Counted from the first letter of the stretch, positions 27,447 to 36,423 are shown. The stretch: DNA of 64,000 bases from an uncultured Bdellovibrionales bacterium (GCA_964468125.1 CAYXVF010000007.1:16531-80530), one strand, 5' to 3'. The notes: generated from the sequence alone by a model not told the origin. A program made the numbers and translations.

Positions 27447-29351
27447 TCACTCGTAGCGAATGGCGTCGACGGGGCGGGCGCGGGCGCCTTTGAGCGCTGG
27501 GTAGAGCGTCGCCAGATGTGAAATCACCATCGCCGAAATAGCGACCAGCGCGACCTCGAGCGGCCGGACGCGCACGGTGAGTGAATCGACCATGTAGACG
27601 TTCGCGGCGATCGAAATCCTCATCGCTTCGAGCGCGCTACAGACGAGCAGTCCGAGGGCGATCCCAACGGCCGTGCCCACGCCGCCAACGAACCAGCCTT
27701 CCATCACGAAAATCCGCATGATGCTCGTGTCGCGGGCACCCATCGACTTCAGGACGCCGATCTCCGCCGACTTCTCAACGACAGCCATGAAGAGCGTCGA
27801 TGCAATGTTGAACGCCGCCACGACGATGATGAAGCTCAGTACGAGAAAGAAGACGATCTTTTGAAGCGAGAGCGCGCGAAAGATCCCCTCGTTCAGTTTT
27901 CGCCAGTCGAGGGTACGATAGGGGTAGCGTCCGATCGCGCGCAGCACGCGATTCGCGGTGAGCTCCACCCGATCCGGCTGGGTGACGCGCAGCTCGACGC
28001 CGGTCACCGCCTTCCCCATCCCCATCAGCTTCTGCGTGGCGTCGATCGACGCATAGACCAGGCGTGAGTCGAACTCGTACATGCCCGAGCGAAAGGCGCG
28101 CCCCAGGCGAAAGCGCATCCGCTTGGGGGCATTTCCCCGCGCTCCGGCAAGCCCTACGGGTGTCGAGAGCAGGACGATCGAGCCCTCTTCGAGGTCGAGT
28201 TTTTCGAAGAGCTCCGCCCCGACCACCAGTGTTGGAACGCCATCGCGGTCCTGGACTGCATCGGTGAGCGCGGCGCTCGCCTCGTCGGCGCTCGAGTAGC
28301 GCACGCAGCCTCCCTCGACGATCTCCCGACACAGATTTCCGCCGATCCCGGTAACCTCCGCCGCGCTCGGAACTTCGATCCCTTTCAGGAGAATCGTGAA
28401 GGCTCGGTCGCCGGCGCTCATCATCGCTTCGTTGAAGGTGAAGGGGCTCGCGGCAGTGACATCGTCGAGCTGTACGACCGTATCGCGAATATCGTCGTAC
28501 TCGATGAAATCGTGGCCGTATTTCTGCACCACGAGATGGGCATTGGTGGAGAGGATTTTGTCCTGAACATCCTGCTGATAGCCGCTCATCACCGCGGTCA
28601 CCGCCACCAGCGCCGCAACGCCGAGGGCCACACCGCCGATCGCAACGACCGCGGTCAGTGACACCGCCGCACTCCGATCGCTTCCGAGGAGGTGCCGCAG
28701 GCTCACCATCAGCTCGAACCCCCGGCCGCGGCGCGCCACGTCGCTGCGAAGTGCGTCGGCCTTGTACATGAAGGCGAGCGAGCCCCCCACGATGCTCATC
28801 ACCCAGCTCGCAAAGAGGCAGAGCACGGAAGTCCGGACCCACATCTCACCAAAATAGCGGTAGCCCGGAGGTCGGGCGGCGTACATGTCAAAAAATGACT
28901 CGCCCGCGCCAGGACCGATACCGAACACGCTCTGCCAGCCGACGGCGAGGTGCACGCCGACCAAGACGCCCACCAGCATCATCAGGGCCTGGGTCTCGTA
29001 ATAGGCGATCCGTCGCCCGATCCACCCCATCACCGTGCCCGCAAGCCCGAGCACCAAGACGGCGGCGGTGAAGAGCAGCTCCGGATGAGCGCCGCCCCAC
29101 TGCTCGACGTCGAAGAAAATCGCGATCCGGGCCACAGGGAGCATCACCGCCGCAGTCAGCGCCCCGAGAGCGAAGGCGCCCCAGTGGAATTGGCGGCGCC
29201 AAACCGACAAGATGAGGCCCCAGATCAAAAAGAGCCACAGGAGCTTCACAGCGGTCCAGACCTGGCCTGCGATCCATGCGAGATAGGAGCGGCGCGGCTC
29301 TTCCGCGCGAGGTTTCGGTGGGCTATTCACAGCGTCGCAGGGGGCTAGCAT
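27447..29351 (-). CDS. FtsX/LolE-like ABC transporter permease with extra N-terminal membrane domain; no adjacent ATPase
   Basis: C-terminal 400 aa: 4 TM with a large periplasmic loop 'ILSTNAHLVVQKY...' and the FtsX signature 'EIGVLKSMGARDTSIMRIFVMEGWFVGGVG'. N-terminal about 230 aa form additional helices. Start set at ATG 29351; the listed ORF to 29738 would overlap the divergent gene. Confidence 0.7.
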   Translation of the reverse strand: MLAPCDAVNSPPKPRAEEPRRSYLAWIAGQVWTAVKLLWLFLIWGLILSVWRRQFHWGAFALGALTAAVMLPVARIAIFFDVEQWGGAHPELLFTAAVLVLGLAGTVMGWIGRRIAYYETQALMMLVGVLVGVHLAVGWQSVFGIGPGAGESFFDMYAARPPGYRYFGEMWVRTSVLCLFASWVMSIVGGSLAFMYKADALRSDVARRGRGFELMVSLRHLLGSDRSAAVSLTAVVAIGGVALGVAALVAVTAVMSGYQQDVQDKILSTNAHLVVQKYGHDFIEYDDIRDTVVQLDDVTAASPFTFNEAMMSAGDRAFTILLKGIEVPSAAEVTGIGGNLCREIVEGGCVRYSSADEASAALTDAVQDRDGVPTLVVGAELFEKLDLEEGSIVLLSTPVGLAGARGNAPKRMRFRLGRAFRSGMYEFDSRLVYASIDATQKLMGMGKAVTGVELRVTQPDRVELTANRVLRAIGRYPYRTLDWRKLNEGIFRALSLQKIVFFLVLSFIIVVAAFNIASTLFMAVVEKSAEIGVLKSMGARDTSIMRIFVMEGWFVGGVGTAVGIALGLLVCSALEAMRISIAANVYMVDSLTVRVRPLEVALVAISAMVISHLATLYPALKGARARPVDAIRYE

Positions 29352-29360
29352 AGGAACGGT

Positions 29361-30419
29361 ATGGGAACCAGAGTCTCCAAGTGGATCTCCGCGGGGGTCT
29401 TGAGCTTCGCAGTGCTCAGTCCAGCGAGTTTGCCTCTGGAAGCCACCGAAGCCCAGGCGAGCGACAGCCTCCGCGCCCGCCGCTTCGACAAGGTACAGGG
29501 GGTCACGATCTCCACCCACCGCATCGGCCTCGAATGGGGAACCGATGTGATCGGTCCCACTCTCGATCACATCGCGTCCGTCGGTGCCAACTGGGTCGCG
29601 ATTCACCCCTACGCGGGAATCGGATCGGACGGCACCGTGCGTTTCGATCGCTTCGACCCGGAGGCCTACGCGGAATCTGTGCGCCGACCGATCCGAGAAG
29701 CCCACGCCCGGGGACTGAAGATCCTGGTCAAGCCGCACCTCGCCTACTGGGGCACCGGCTTCAGCTGGCGCGGCGAGATCGACTTCGAAGGTGAGGCGCT
29801 CAAACGCTTCTTCGAGGACTATCGCCGATGGACGGTCTACCTGGCCGAGCTCGCCGCAGACGCGGATGCCTTTTCCGTCGGATGCGAGCTCGACCGTCTC
29901 CTACAACATGAAACTCAGTGGCGCTCGATCATTGCAGAGGCGCGAGGGAAGACCGATGCCCCTCTCACCTACGCGGCCAACTGGCCCACCTACGAGAAGG
30001 TGCCGTTTTGGGACGCCCTCGATGCGATCGGGATCCAGGCGTACTTTCCGCTCTCGGAGAATCCATCGCCAACGCGCACCGAGCTGAAGCAGGCCTGGGA
30101 CGGCTTGATGAAGAAGCTGCGCGTCTACTCCCGGTCGAAAAACAGGACCGTGGTCTTCACCGAGCTCGGCTACAATCATTCGACCGAGACGGCGCGCAAG
30201 CCCTGGGACTACGGCGTCGAGCACAACGCTCGCGCCGCATCGCTGCAGCGGCTCTGCTTTGAGGTCGCGCTCGAAGCGGTCGACGCTGAGCCGAGCGTCG
30301 TCGGCTCATTCCTGTGGAAATGGTTCCCCGAGCCACACCCAAACGGTCGGACCTACGCGCTCGCGACCGACGAGCTCAAAGCGTTGATCTGCGATCGCTG
30401 GTGCAAGACGGAGCCCTGA
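29361..30419 (+). CDS. secreted glycoside hydrolase, clan GH-A-like (GH5/GH26/GH113-type TIM barrel)
   Basis: Signal peptide 'ISAGVLSFAVLSPASLPLEATEA'. Candidate acid/base 'VGCELDR' and nucleophile 'VVFTELGYNHS' motifs are spaced about 100 aa apart. Confidence 0.55.
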   Translation: MGTRVSKWISAGVLSFAVLSPASLPLEATEAQASDSLRARRFDKVQGVTISTHRIGLEWGTDVIGPTLDHIASVGANWVAIHPYAGIGSDGTVRFDRFDPEAYAESVRRPIREAHARGLKILVKPHLAYWGTGFSWRGEIDFEGEALKRFFEDYRRWTVYLAELAADADAFSVGCELDRLLQHETQWRSIIAEARGKTDAPLTYAANWPTYEKVPFWDALDAIGIQAYFPLSENPSPTRTELKQAWDGLMKKLRVYSRSKNRTVVFTELGYNHSTETARKPWDYGVEHNARAASLQRLCFEVALEAVDAEPSVVGSFLWKWFPEPHPNGRTYALATDELKALICDRWCKTEP

Positions 30420-30801
30420 GAGGCTCAGCCGGTCACGAAGCGGTAGCCGATTCCCCTGACCGTGAGAAAGTGGCTCGGCTTCTGCGGGTCATCTTCGAGT
30501 TTTTGGCGCAGACGGCTCACGAAGTTATCGAGTGTACGGTCGGTACCTGCGTAGTCGTACCCCCAGACCTTGGCGACGGGATCTCGAGCTCGAGCCTGTG
30601 GATTTCGCGCAGCACCTCGAAGCCATTCATCTTTGGGAGCATCACGTCGAGGAGTACCAGATCCGGGGTGTTGTCCACCGCCGTGGTCAACCCTTCATCC
30701 CCATCCGGAGCCGCCTGGACCGAATTTCCCTCGAACTTCAGGTTTCTATACAGCCCCTGGGCAATCGATGGCTCGTCTTCGATAACCAGTATTCGCTCCA
30801 T
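30419..30801 (-). pseudogene. OmpR/PhoB-family response regulator remnant (receiver N-half fused out of frame to wHTH C-half)
   Basis: 'MERILVIEDEPSIAQGL...DLVLLDVMLPKMNGFEVLREI' is the receiver N-half with Asp pocket. It then shifts frame into 'VWGYDYAGTDRTLDNFVSRLRQKLEDDPQKPSHFLTVRGIGYRFVTG*'. About 100 aa covering receiver alpha3-alpha5, linker and first half of the wHTH are missing. The junction lies at a GGGGG run near 30575. Confidence 0.6.
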
Positions 30802-31051
30802 CCGATCCCTCAACAGCCAGCGCGCATTCACGCTGCCCCCACGATGAAGCTCGCGCCGATGGAGGACGGAAGTCAGCGGCATGGGATCCAGTTTCATCAG
30901 ACGGGCTCTAGCAGCTCTTTGTCACGGGAGTATCACCGCCCGGTCGGGGTTCCTTTTTTCGACCGTGACCAAATCATGACCTGCCGGTGGACCCCTCGAG
31001 ACTGTCCTAGGGCGATTCTTTGGGCGCCTGACCGGCCCAAGGAGGACAGAC

Positions 31052-31204
31052 ATGGTCATTCGCATCAGCCTCGTCGCGGAAATCGCCCTGACCGCGCTCC
31101 CTGCCCCGGTGAGTGCCGGGGAGACGACTGCGAAGCGACAATTGTGGTTGCGCGCACTGCAGGCCCGCGACGAAGGGAACGCGGCGGCTACATCGTCTCG
31201 ATGA
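31052..31204 (+). CDS. candidate small ORF (50 aa) with strong Shine-Dalgarno
   Basis: AAGGAGG 6 nt upstream of the ATG. 'MVIRISLVAEIALTALPAPVSAGE...' has a signal-peptide-like N-terminus. High GC3. Overlaps the 3' end of the convergent ttpD by 17 nt. Not in the ORF track (<60 aa). Confidence 0.3.
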   Translation: MVIRISLVAEIALTALPAPVSAGETTAKRQLWLRALQARDEGNAAATSSR

Positions 31205-32393
31205 GACGAAGCCACTGCTTTGCAACGTTCGAGTGGGTCGCGTTCTTCGACTTGGCCGCCCGTTCGAGCGCGCGGCGGGCCGGGACCTTGCGACCCGCGT
31301 AGTAGTTGCCGATACCCATGAGCAGGTACGCCTGGCCGCTGTCCGCCAGCTTCCCGGTCTTGATCGCGGCCTCCGCCGAATCGACGGCCTTTTGCCATTT
31401 CTCCTCCTCGAGGAGGAGCTGCGTGAGGCGGAGATAGAGATCGGGAGAGCGCGCGATCTTCGCGGCCTGCTGCAGCGGGGGTACGGCTTTTTCGACTTCT
31501 TTCGCCCGCACATATGCGTCGGCAAGAATCTTCAGGTGCTCTTCGTCGCGGGGGATCGTCTTCTTTCCGAGCTCCTTTTCGAGCACCTGCGCGCCCTTTA
31601 GCGGCACGTCTTGGTAAATAAACATCTGAGCGAGCTGCTTGATGTTGTTCGGCTTGGTGACATAGCCGCCTTCATAAGCGAGCTCGAAGACCGCAAGTGC
31701 ACGCTTTTCGTCGTTGATCTCGCTGTAGAGCCCGCCGAGCTGCAGCCAATAGGTGGCCTTGGGGTAGAGCTCGACCAAACTCTTGAGCGTAGTGATCATG
31801 TCGCGCTTCTTTTTTAGCTCATACTGCACTGCGCCCATCGATTGGAGCCAATTCTCCGGAGGCTTCGGCTTCGCGGCGATGGCGATGGCGAGCTGGTTGA
31901 GCGCTTTGTTCCAATCCTTCTTCTGGATGTAGGCCTGGGCGATGATGAAGCGCGTATCCGGTTTGGGGCTCTCGGCGTCTTTCAGCCAGATCTCGAAGTT
32001 CTTGACCGCATCGTTCCAGCGCTCGAGGGCCATGTAGAGCTGGCCGAGGTTGAAGCGCATGTCGAGGATCACGTTGTCCTCGAGCGCCTCCTGCGCCAGA
32101 GACTTCTCGAAGGCAGCGGCGGCGGGCTTGTACTTGTTCTGAATGAAGTACAGGTGACCGAAGGCCTGGTACATCATCGCGACCTCGCGCTTGTCCAGGC
32201 GACCCTCTCGGTCCTTCATGCGATTGAGCTCGGTGAGCGCGTCGTCGTACTTGTTCTCGTTCATCGCCTCGAACGCGCCGTTGAGGCGCTTGAACGCCCA
32301 CTCACTCACCTGCGCGTGAGCGTCCGTGGGTGCGAGCCACAGAAGGCTCGCGAGCACGATTCCGGGAACTATTCTACGAAGCACTCGATTCAT
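31188..32393 (-). CDS. TPR-repeat periplasmic protein, TtpD-like component of TonB2-type system
   Basis: Signal peptide 'IVLASLLWLAPTDAHA'. Multiple 34-aa TPR-like repeats (W/LG/Y/A/F/AP pattern). Last gene of the exbB-exbD-tonB cluster. Confidence 0.7.
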   Translation of the reverse strand: MNRVLRRIVPGIVLASLLWLAPTDAHAQVSEWAFKRLNGAFEAMNENKYDDALTELNRMKDREGRLDKREVAMMYQAFGHLYFIQNKYKPAAAAFEKSLAQEALEDNVILDMRFNLGQLYMALERWNDAVKNFEIWLKDAESPKPDTRFIIAQAYIQKKDWNKALNQLAIAIAAKPKPPENWLQSMGAVQYELKKKRDMITTLKSLVELYPKATYWLQLGGLYSEINDEKRALAVFELAYEGGYVTKPNNIKQLAQMFIYQDVPLKGAQVLEKELGKKTIPRDEEHLKILADAYVRAKEVEKAVPPLQQAAKIARSPDLYLRLTQLLLEEEKWQKAVDSAEAAIKTGKLADSGQAYLLMGIGNYYAGRKVPARRALERAAKSKNATHSNVAKQWLRLIETM

Positions 32394-32403
32394 CCACCCG
32401 CCC

Positions 32404-33036
32404 CTAGAGATTGAACTCGAGCCGCACCGGCGTCACGCCGTACTCGATCGCTTTTCCATCCACGACCTTCGGATTGTATTTCCATTTGCGTACCGCCTTG
32501 AGGGCGGCCTGCTCGAAGACCCCACGCGGATCTGCGTCGATCACGCTCGGGTTGAGCACCTGGCCCGCGGTTCCCACCCGAAACTTCACCGTGACGTACC
32601 CGGTGATCCCGCGTTCCGCGGCCCGTCTCGGATACATCGGCTGCACCCGAACAATCGGCGTAGCGTCTTGGTCACCGGTCGGACGCGCACCAGGATTGAA
32701 GCCACCCCGTGGTCTGAAGCCGGACCCTCCGGAGAAGCCCGTCGCTTTGAAGTTCGTTTGCGGCGCGTCGATGGTTGCAGAGGCGCTGTTGTTGTCGACA
32801 GTGGAGAGCTTTGGCGGGGGGGGTTCCTTCGGAGGCGGCGTGCGATTGGGCTTCTCGCGCACCTTTTGTTGCGTCACCGAGTCCGTGGGCACGCGGATGA
32901 AGTCGGTTACGAGACCGGCGCGCTTGTCGTCGCTTTGACGACGGGCGCCTTCGATCAGCGCACGCATCCCGAGAAAGAGCGCGAAAGTGATGATGAAGGC
33001 GATCGGCGCCGTGAGCACTACCCTTGGGATCTTCAC
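32404..33036 (-). CDS. tonB: energy transducer TonB
   Basis: N-terminal TM, Pro-rich spacer 'PPPKEPPPPK', and C-terminal TonB domain 'YPRRAAERGITGYVTVKFRVGTAGQV...'. Confidence 0.85.
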   Translation of the reverse strand: MKIPRVVLTAPIAFIITFALFLGMRALIEGARRQSDDKRAGLVTDFIRVPTDSVTQQKVREKPNRTPPPKEPPPPKLSTVDNNSASATIDAPQTNFKATGFSGGSGFRPRGGFNPGARPTGDQDATPIVRVQPMYPRRAAERGITGYVTVKFRVGTAGQVLNPSVIDADPRGVFEQAALKAVRKWKYNPKVVDGKAIEYGVTPVRLEFNL

Positions 33037-33042
33037 GTCAGA

Positions 33043-33444
33043 TCATTCCCGCACCGCGGAGATGGCCACATCCGGCACGCCCGCTTGCTTGGCCGCATCG
33101 ATCACCTTCACCAGGAGCCCGTTGCGGCTGTTTCGGTCCGCCTGAATCACCACTGTTCCTCTTGGATTCTCAGCTCGCAAGCGCTCGATGTTCGCCCGGA
33201 CAGTCGAAATGTCCACACTGCGCTTGTCGATCCACACCTCGTCCGTCTCCGTGATCGCGATCAGGATGCTCGCCGATTCCTTCGACATGGCGGTCTTGGC
33301 CGCGGGGCGCTTCACCTGGACCCCCGCCTCCTTCACGAAGGACGCGGTCACGATGAAGAAGATCAGCATGATGAAAACGACGTCGAGCATCGGTGTGATG
33401 TCGACTTCGGTTTCGTCACCGCCTCCAGTCCGCACTCGCCGCAT
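33043..33444 (-). CDS. exbD: biopolymer transport protein ExbD/TolR
   Basis: 'DITPMLDVVFIMLIFFIVTASF' TM followed by the ExbD periplasmic domain. 133 aa. Confidence 0.85.
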   Translation of the reverse strand: MRRVRTGGGDETEVDITPMLDVVFIMLIFFIVTASFVKEAGVQVKRPAAKTAMSKESASILIAITETDEVWIDKRSVDISTVRANIERLRAENPRGTVVIQADRNSRNGLLVKVIDAAKQAGVPDVAISAVRE

Positions 33445-33447
33445 CGA

Positions 33448-33978
33448 TCAATCCATGTCCTGGCGGAGACGGTCGAAAAACTGCCCCACCTTTGCTTCCG
33501 CCGTGCGGACGAACTGGTTGCTGAAGTACAGCCCTGAAAGGGCGACGACCAAACCCGCCATCGTGGGGATTGTGGCCCGCGACACGCCCGAAGCCATGGC
33601 TCGCGGATTGCCGTTCCCCGACACCGCCATGACGTCGAACACCTCGATCATGCCGGTCACCGTGCCCAAGAGGCCAAACAGTGGCGCCAGCGCCACCAGG
33701 GTCTTGATCAACTGCGTGTTTCGCCGGGCCTCTTCGGCCACCCGAGACACCAGCATCTTTCGCACCTGCTGTGCGTGCCAGGAGCGGAACTCCGCGCGCT
33801 TTTTCCAGTGCTGCAGCTCCTTCGAGATCACGTTGCGATGCTCGAAGTTGAAGTACCAGATGCGCTCGAGAATCAGGGTCCAGAGAACCATCGCCGCGAT
33901 GAAGATCGCGATCAACACGGGCCCGCCTCGGTCGATGAACGCGCCCAAGGCTTCCCAAAGGCGTACGACCGGGTTCAC
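33448..33978 (-). CDS. exbB: MotA/TolQ/ExbB proton-channel protein (short form)
   Basis: 3 TM. 'LAPLFGLLGTVTGMIEVF' is the ExbB signature. ATGA overlap with ttpC. Confidence 0.85.
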   Translation of the reverse strand: MNPVVRLWEALGAFIDRGGPVLIAIFIAAMVLWTLILERIWYFNFEHRNVISKELQHWKKRAEFRSWHAQQVRKMLVSRVAEEARRNTQLIKTLVALAPLFGLLGTVTGMIEVFDVMAVSGNGNPRAMASGVSRATIPTMAGLVVALSGLYFSNQFVRTAEAKVGQFFDRLRQDMD

Positions 33979-35333
33979 GCTGCTTCCTTCTTCTCAGCGC
34001 GCTCGGCGATGATACCGGCGCTCTGCTCGGAGAGGATGTCGATCAGGTTGCGGGTGATGCTCGACAGCCACGAGTGCATGAGTACGAGCGGAATCGCTAC
34101 CACCAGACCGAGCATCGTCGTGACGAGGGCTTCCGAAATACCGCCCGCCATCTGCTTCGGATCGCCCGTACCGAAGAGCGTCAGGGTCTGGAAGGTCTCG
34201 ATCATACCGGTGACCGTACCGAGCAGTCCCATCAACGGTGCAATACCGGCGACGACCTTGATGGCCCACAGGAAGCGTTCCAGTGACGCGGATTCGCGAA
34301 TGATCGATTCGTCGAGCTTCGCTCCTAGCACTTCCGTGTCAACATCCGGGTTCTTCTTGTGCACCATCATGATGCGGCCGAGCGGGTTGCCCTCGCTCGG
34401 CTCTTTGGCCGAGCGTTGCGAGCGGACCTTGGCCGCCACCACGAAGAGCATCGCGAGACGAATCACCGCGACCAGGAAGGTGATCGCGCCGAGCGTGAGG
34501 ATGATGTAGCCAATCAGTCCTCCGAGGGCCAAACGCTCCCGCACCGTCGGCGCCGACACCAAGAGCGAAAGCAGGCTGCCCTGGGTCGGGTCGATTGCGG
34601 CCTGAACAAAGCCATCCTTTGCGTCCAGAAGGCGTTTTGCATCGGCGAGGAAGCGGCTCGCCGGCTGACGGCCGAGCTCTTTGAGCTTCTGCAGATTCGG
34701 GTCCCAGACCATGTACTTGTCGTCCGCGACCGCGGTGAAGGGCCCGATGCGCGCGACGGTGAGGTCTTCCTGCTGACCGTCGGCCCGGATCACCGGCGCC
34801 TCGAACTTCACGATCTCACCGGACGCCACGAGCTCCTGCTGCAGCATGAACCAGAGCGTTTCGAGCTGGTCCACGGACGGCAGCTTCTTGCTCGCGGCGA
34901 GGTCCGTCAGGCGCTCGGCGCGTCCGGGGTACTGAGCGCTCGACAACGAGCCGACGAGCAGACTGTTCGTCTCACCGGCGGAGGCGCGAACCACTCCGAA
35001 GAGCTCGCCGAGCGTACCCAGGCGAATCCGAAGGGTCTCTTCGAGGTCCGCGAGCTTCTTCTCGTTCTCCTCGAATTGCGCTTCCAGCGACTCGCCACGG
35101 CGCTCCTGGCGGGCGAGCTCGGCGCGAGCCTCCTGTAGCTTGCGCGCCTGCGCGTTCTTGTCGGCGAGAAAATCCGCTTCCCGCTTCTTCAGCTCCGCCG
35201 CCTGCGCGTTCCAGCCAGCCTGGACCTTGTTCAGGAGCTCACGTGCAGTGGTAGGCTTTCCCTCTTGGGCCGCAGCCGGTGAGCTGATCAAGGCCAACGC
35301 GAGCGTTGCCGCCCAAAACTCACTTCTTGCCAT
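33975..35333 (-). CDS. large MotA/TolQ/ExbB-family protein with N-terminal periplasmic coiled-coil extension (TtpC-like)
   Basis: Signal peptide plus about 250-aa coiled-coil region. The C-terminal part carries the ExbB signature 'IAPLMGLLGTVTGMIETFQ'. 452 aa, as for Vibrio TonB2-system TtpC. Confidence 0.75.
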   Translation of the reverse strand: MARSEFWAATLALALISSPAAAQEGKPTTARELLNKVQAGWNAQAAELKKREADFLADKNAQARKLQEARAELARQERRGESLEAQFEENEKKLADLEETLRIRLGTLGELFGVVRASAGETNSLLVGSLSSAQYPGRAERLTDLAASKKLPSVDQLETLWFMLQQELVASGEIVKFEAPVIRADGQQEDLTVARIGPFTAVADDKYMVWDPNLQKLKELGRQPASRFLADAKRLLDAKDGFVQAAIDPTQGSLLSLLVSAPTVRERLALGGLIGYIILTLGAITFLVAVIRLAMLFVVAAKVRSQRSAKEPSEGNPLGRIMMVHKKNPDVDTEVLGAKLDESIIRESASLERFLWAIKVVAGIAPLMGLLGTVTGMIETFQTLTLFGTGDPKQMAGGISEALVTTMLGLVVAIPLVLMHSWLSSITRNLIDILSEQSAGIIAERAEKKEAA

Positions 35334-36231
35334 CTTTGCGACCCTTTTCGTTGCTGTCTTCGTTCTCGTCTTCGGTGGACTTCACGCGCGGCCGGGCGGC
35401 CTTCGGTGGCGGCACCGGTGCGGCTGCTTCCGTGGCCGGGGCAGCGACGGGCAGTCGCATGAGGTCCGGGGCGGCCTGCTTGCGCGCAATCCGGAAGCCC
35501 TTTCGAAGCTCGTTGAAGTAGGCGCTTTCCACCGGCTTCCAGGACCGTGCCATCTGGTCCCAGAGACCCGCCTCCTCGCCATCGGCGGTCATGTAGAGCA
35601 GAACGACACGGCCGATGCGAAGGAACTGCACGGTGCGGTCTTCGCCTTCGAGCTTCGCGTTGTAGTCCTCGATGGTGCGCCCGTAGCCGTTCTCGATGGA
35701 GTAGGCCTCCATCACCTGACGGAACTTCTCCGAATCGGTGATGTTCGGGTCGGTCATCATCTTGCGCAGCCGCTCGAGACGCTCGCGACGCTCTTCAATC
35801 AAGAAGGGCACGTCGAGGTCGATGAAGGACTCGAGGGAGTCGATCATCTTGAGCATCAGCGGCGTGATCTCCCGACCCACCAACACCGCGTCTTCGATCT
35901 GCTGCTCGAGGGAGACGATTTCGTCGTTTTGGTTGGTGACGAGGGCGCTCACCTGGTCGTTGTAGGTGCGAAGCGACTCGATGCGCCGTTGCAGCTCGCG
36001 ATACTCCTGGAGCATCTGGAACGCTTGGTCGCTCAGGCTATCGATCTTTTTCTGGCTCGTGGCCGCCAGCGCATTCGCCTTCATCGTGAGCTCGATGGCG
36101 GTATCCAGGTCCCCAGCGCTCGCGCTCAATACGGGGACAGCCACGACCGCTGCTCCGACGAGCCAAACACCTCGCGGCGCCCGGAGGCGACGTTTCTCAC
36201 AAGTCATTCGCAACACTCCTAAAAATCTCAC
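35320..36231 (-). CDS. DUF3450-like periplasmic coiled-coil protein (TtpB-like)
   Basis: Signal peptide, heptad-rich 'LQEYRELQRRIESLRTYNDQVSALV', and the conserved 'SIENGYGRTIEDY' region. First gene of the ttp/exb/tonB operon. Confidence 0.65.
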   Translation of the reverse strand: MRFLGVLRMTCEKRRLRAPRGVWLVGAAVVAVPVLSASAGDLDTAIELTMKANALAATSQKKIDSLSDQAFQMLQEYRELQRRIESLRTYNDQVSALVTNQNDEIVSLEQQIEDAVLVGREITPLMLKMIDSLESFIDLDVPFLIEERRERLERLRKMMTDPNITDSEKFRQVMEAYSIENGYGRTIEDYNAKLEGEDRTVQFLRIGRVVLLYMTADGEEAGLWDQMARSWKPVESAYFNELRKGFRIARKQAAPDLMRLPVAAPATEAAAPVPPPKAARPRVKSTEDENEDSNEKGRKDGKK

Positions 36232-36255
36232 TCCGCTACAAAAAACACCTGACGC

Positions 36256-36295
36256 GAAATGACAACCGGCGCTGTCACCTTCGTGTCATTTTTTC
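36256..36295. other. AT-rich palindromic element / possible terminator (AAATGACA-N19-TGTCATTT then T-run; nested TGACA-N8-TGTCA)
   Basis: Seen at 36257-36294 in the 190-nt low-GC gap between the photolyase stop (36424) and the ttpB start (36231). Confidence 0.3.
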
Positions 36296-36423
36296 GGCGC
36301 GGCCGACCCGCTCTGACGAAATTTAAGAGCCGTTAGTACAGAATACCGGGCGATGACGTAAAGGATCGGTATTCGAAAACTTTGCAGGAGCGTTCCCTGT
36401 TCGCCTCGCGGGCGCCACTGATT

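Noticed and set aside
30517-30620. Possible intact wHTH upstream extension ('AARNP...' resembling the OmpR recognition-helix region)
   Set aside because: Further upstream in that frame the translation ('GTPRRDAPKDEGLRG') is not wHTH-like, so the resemblance is coincidental. The gene is a remnant, not merely frameshifted.
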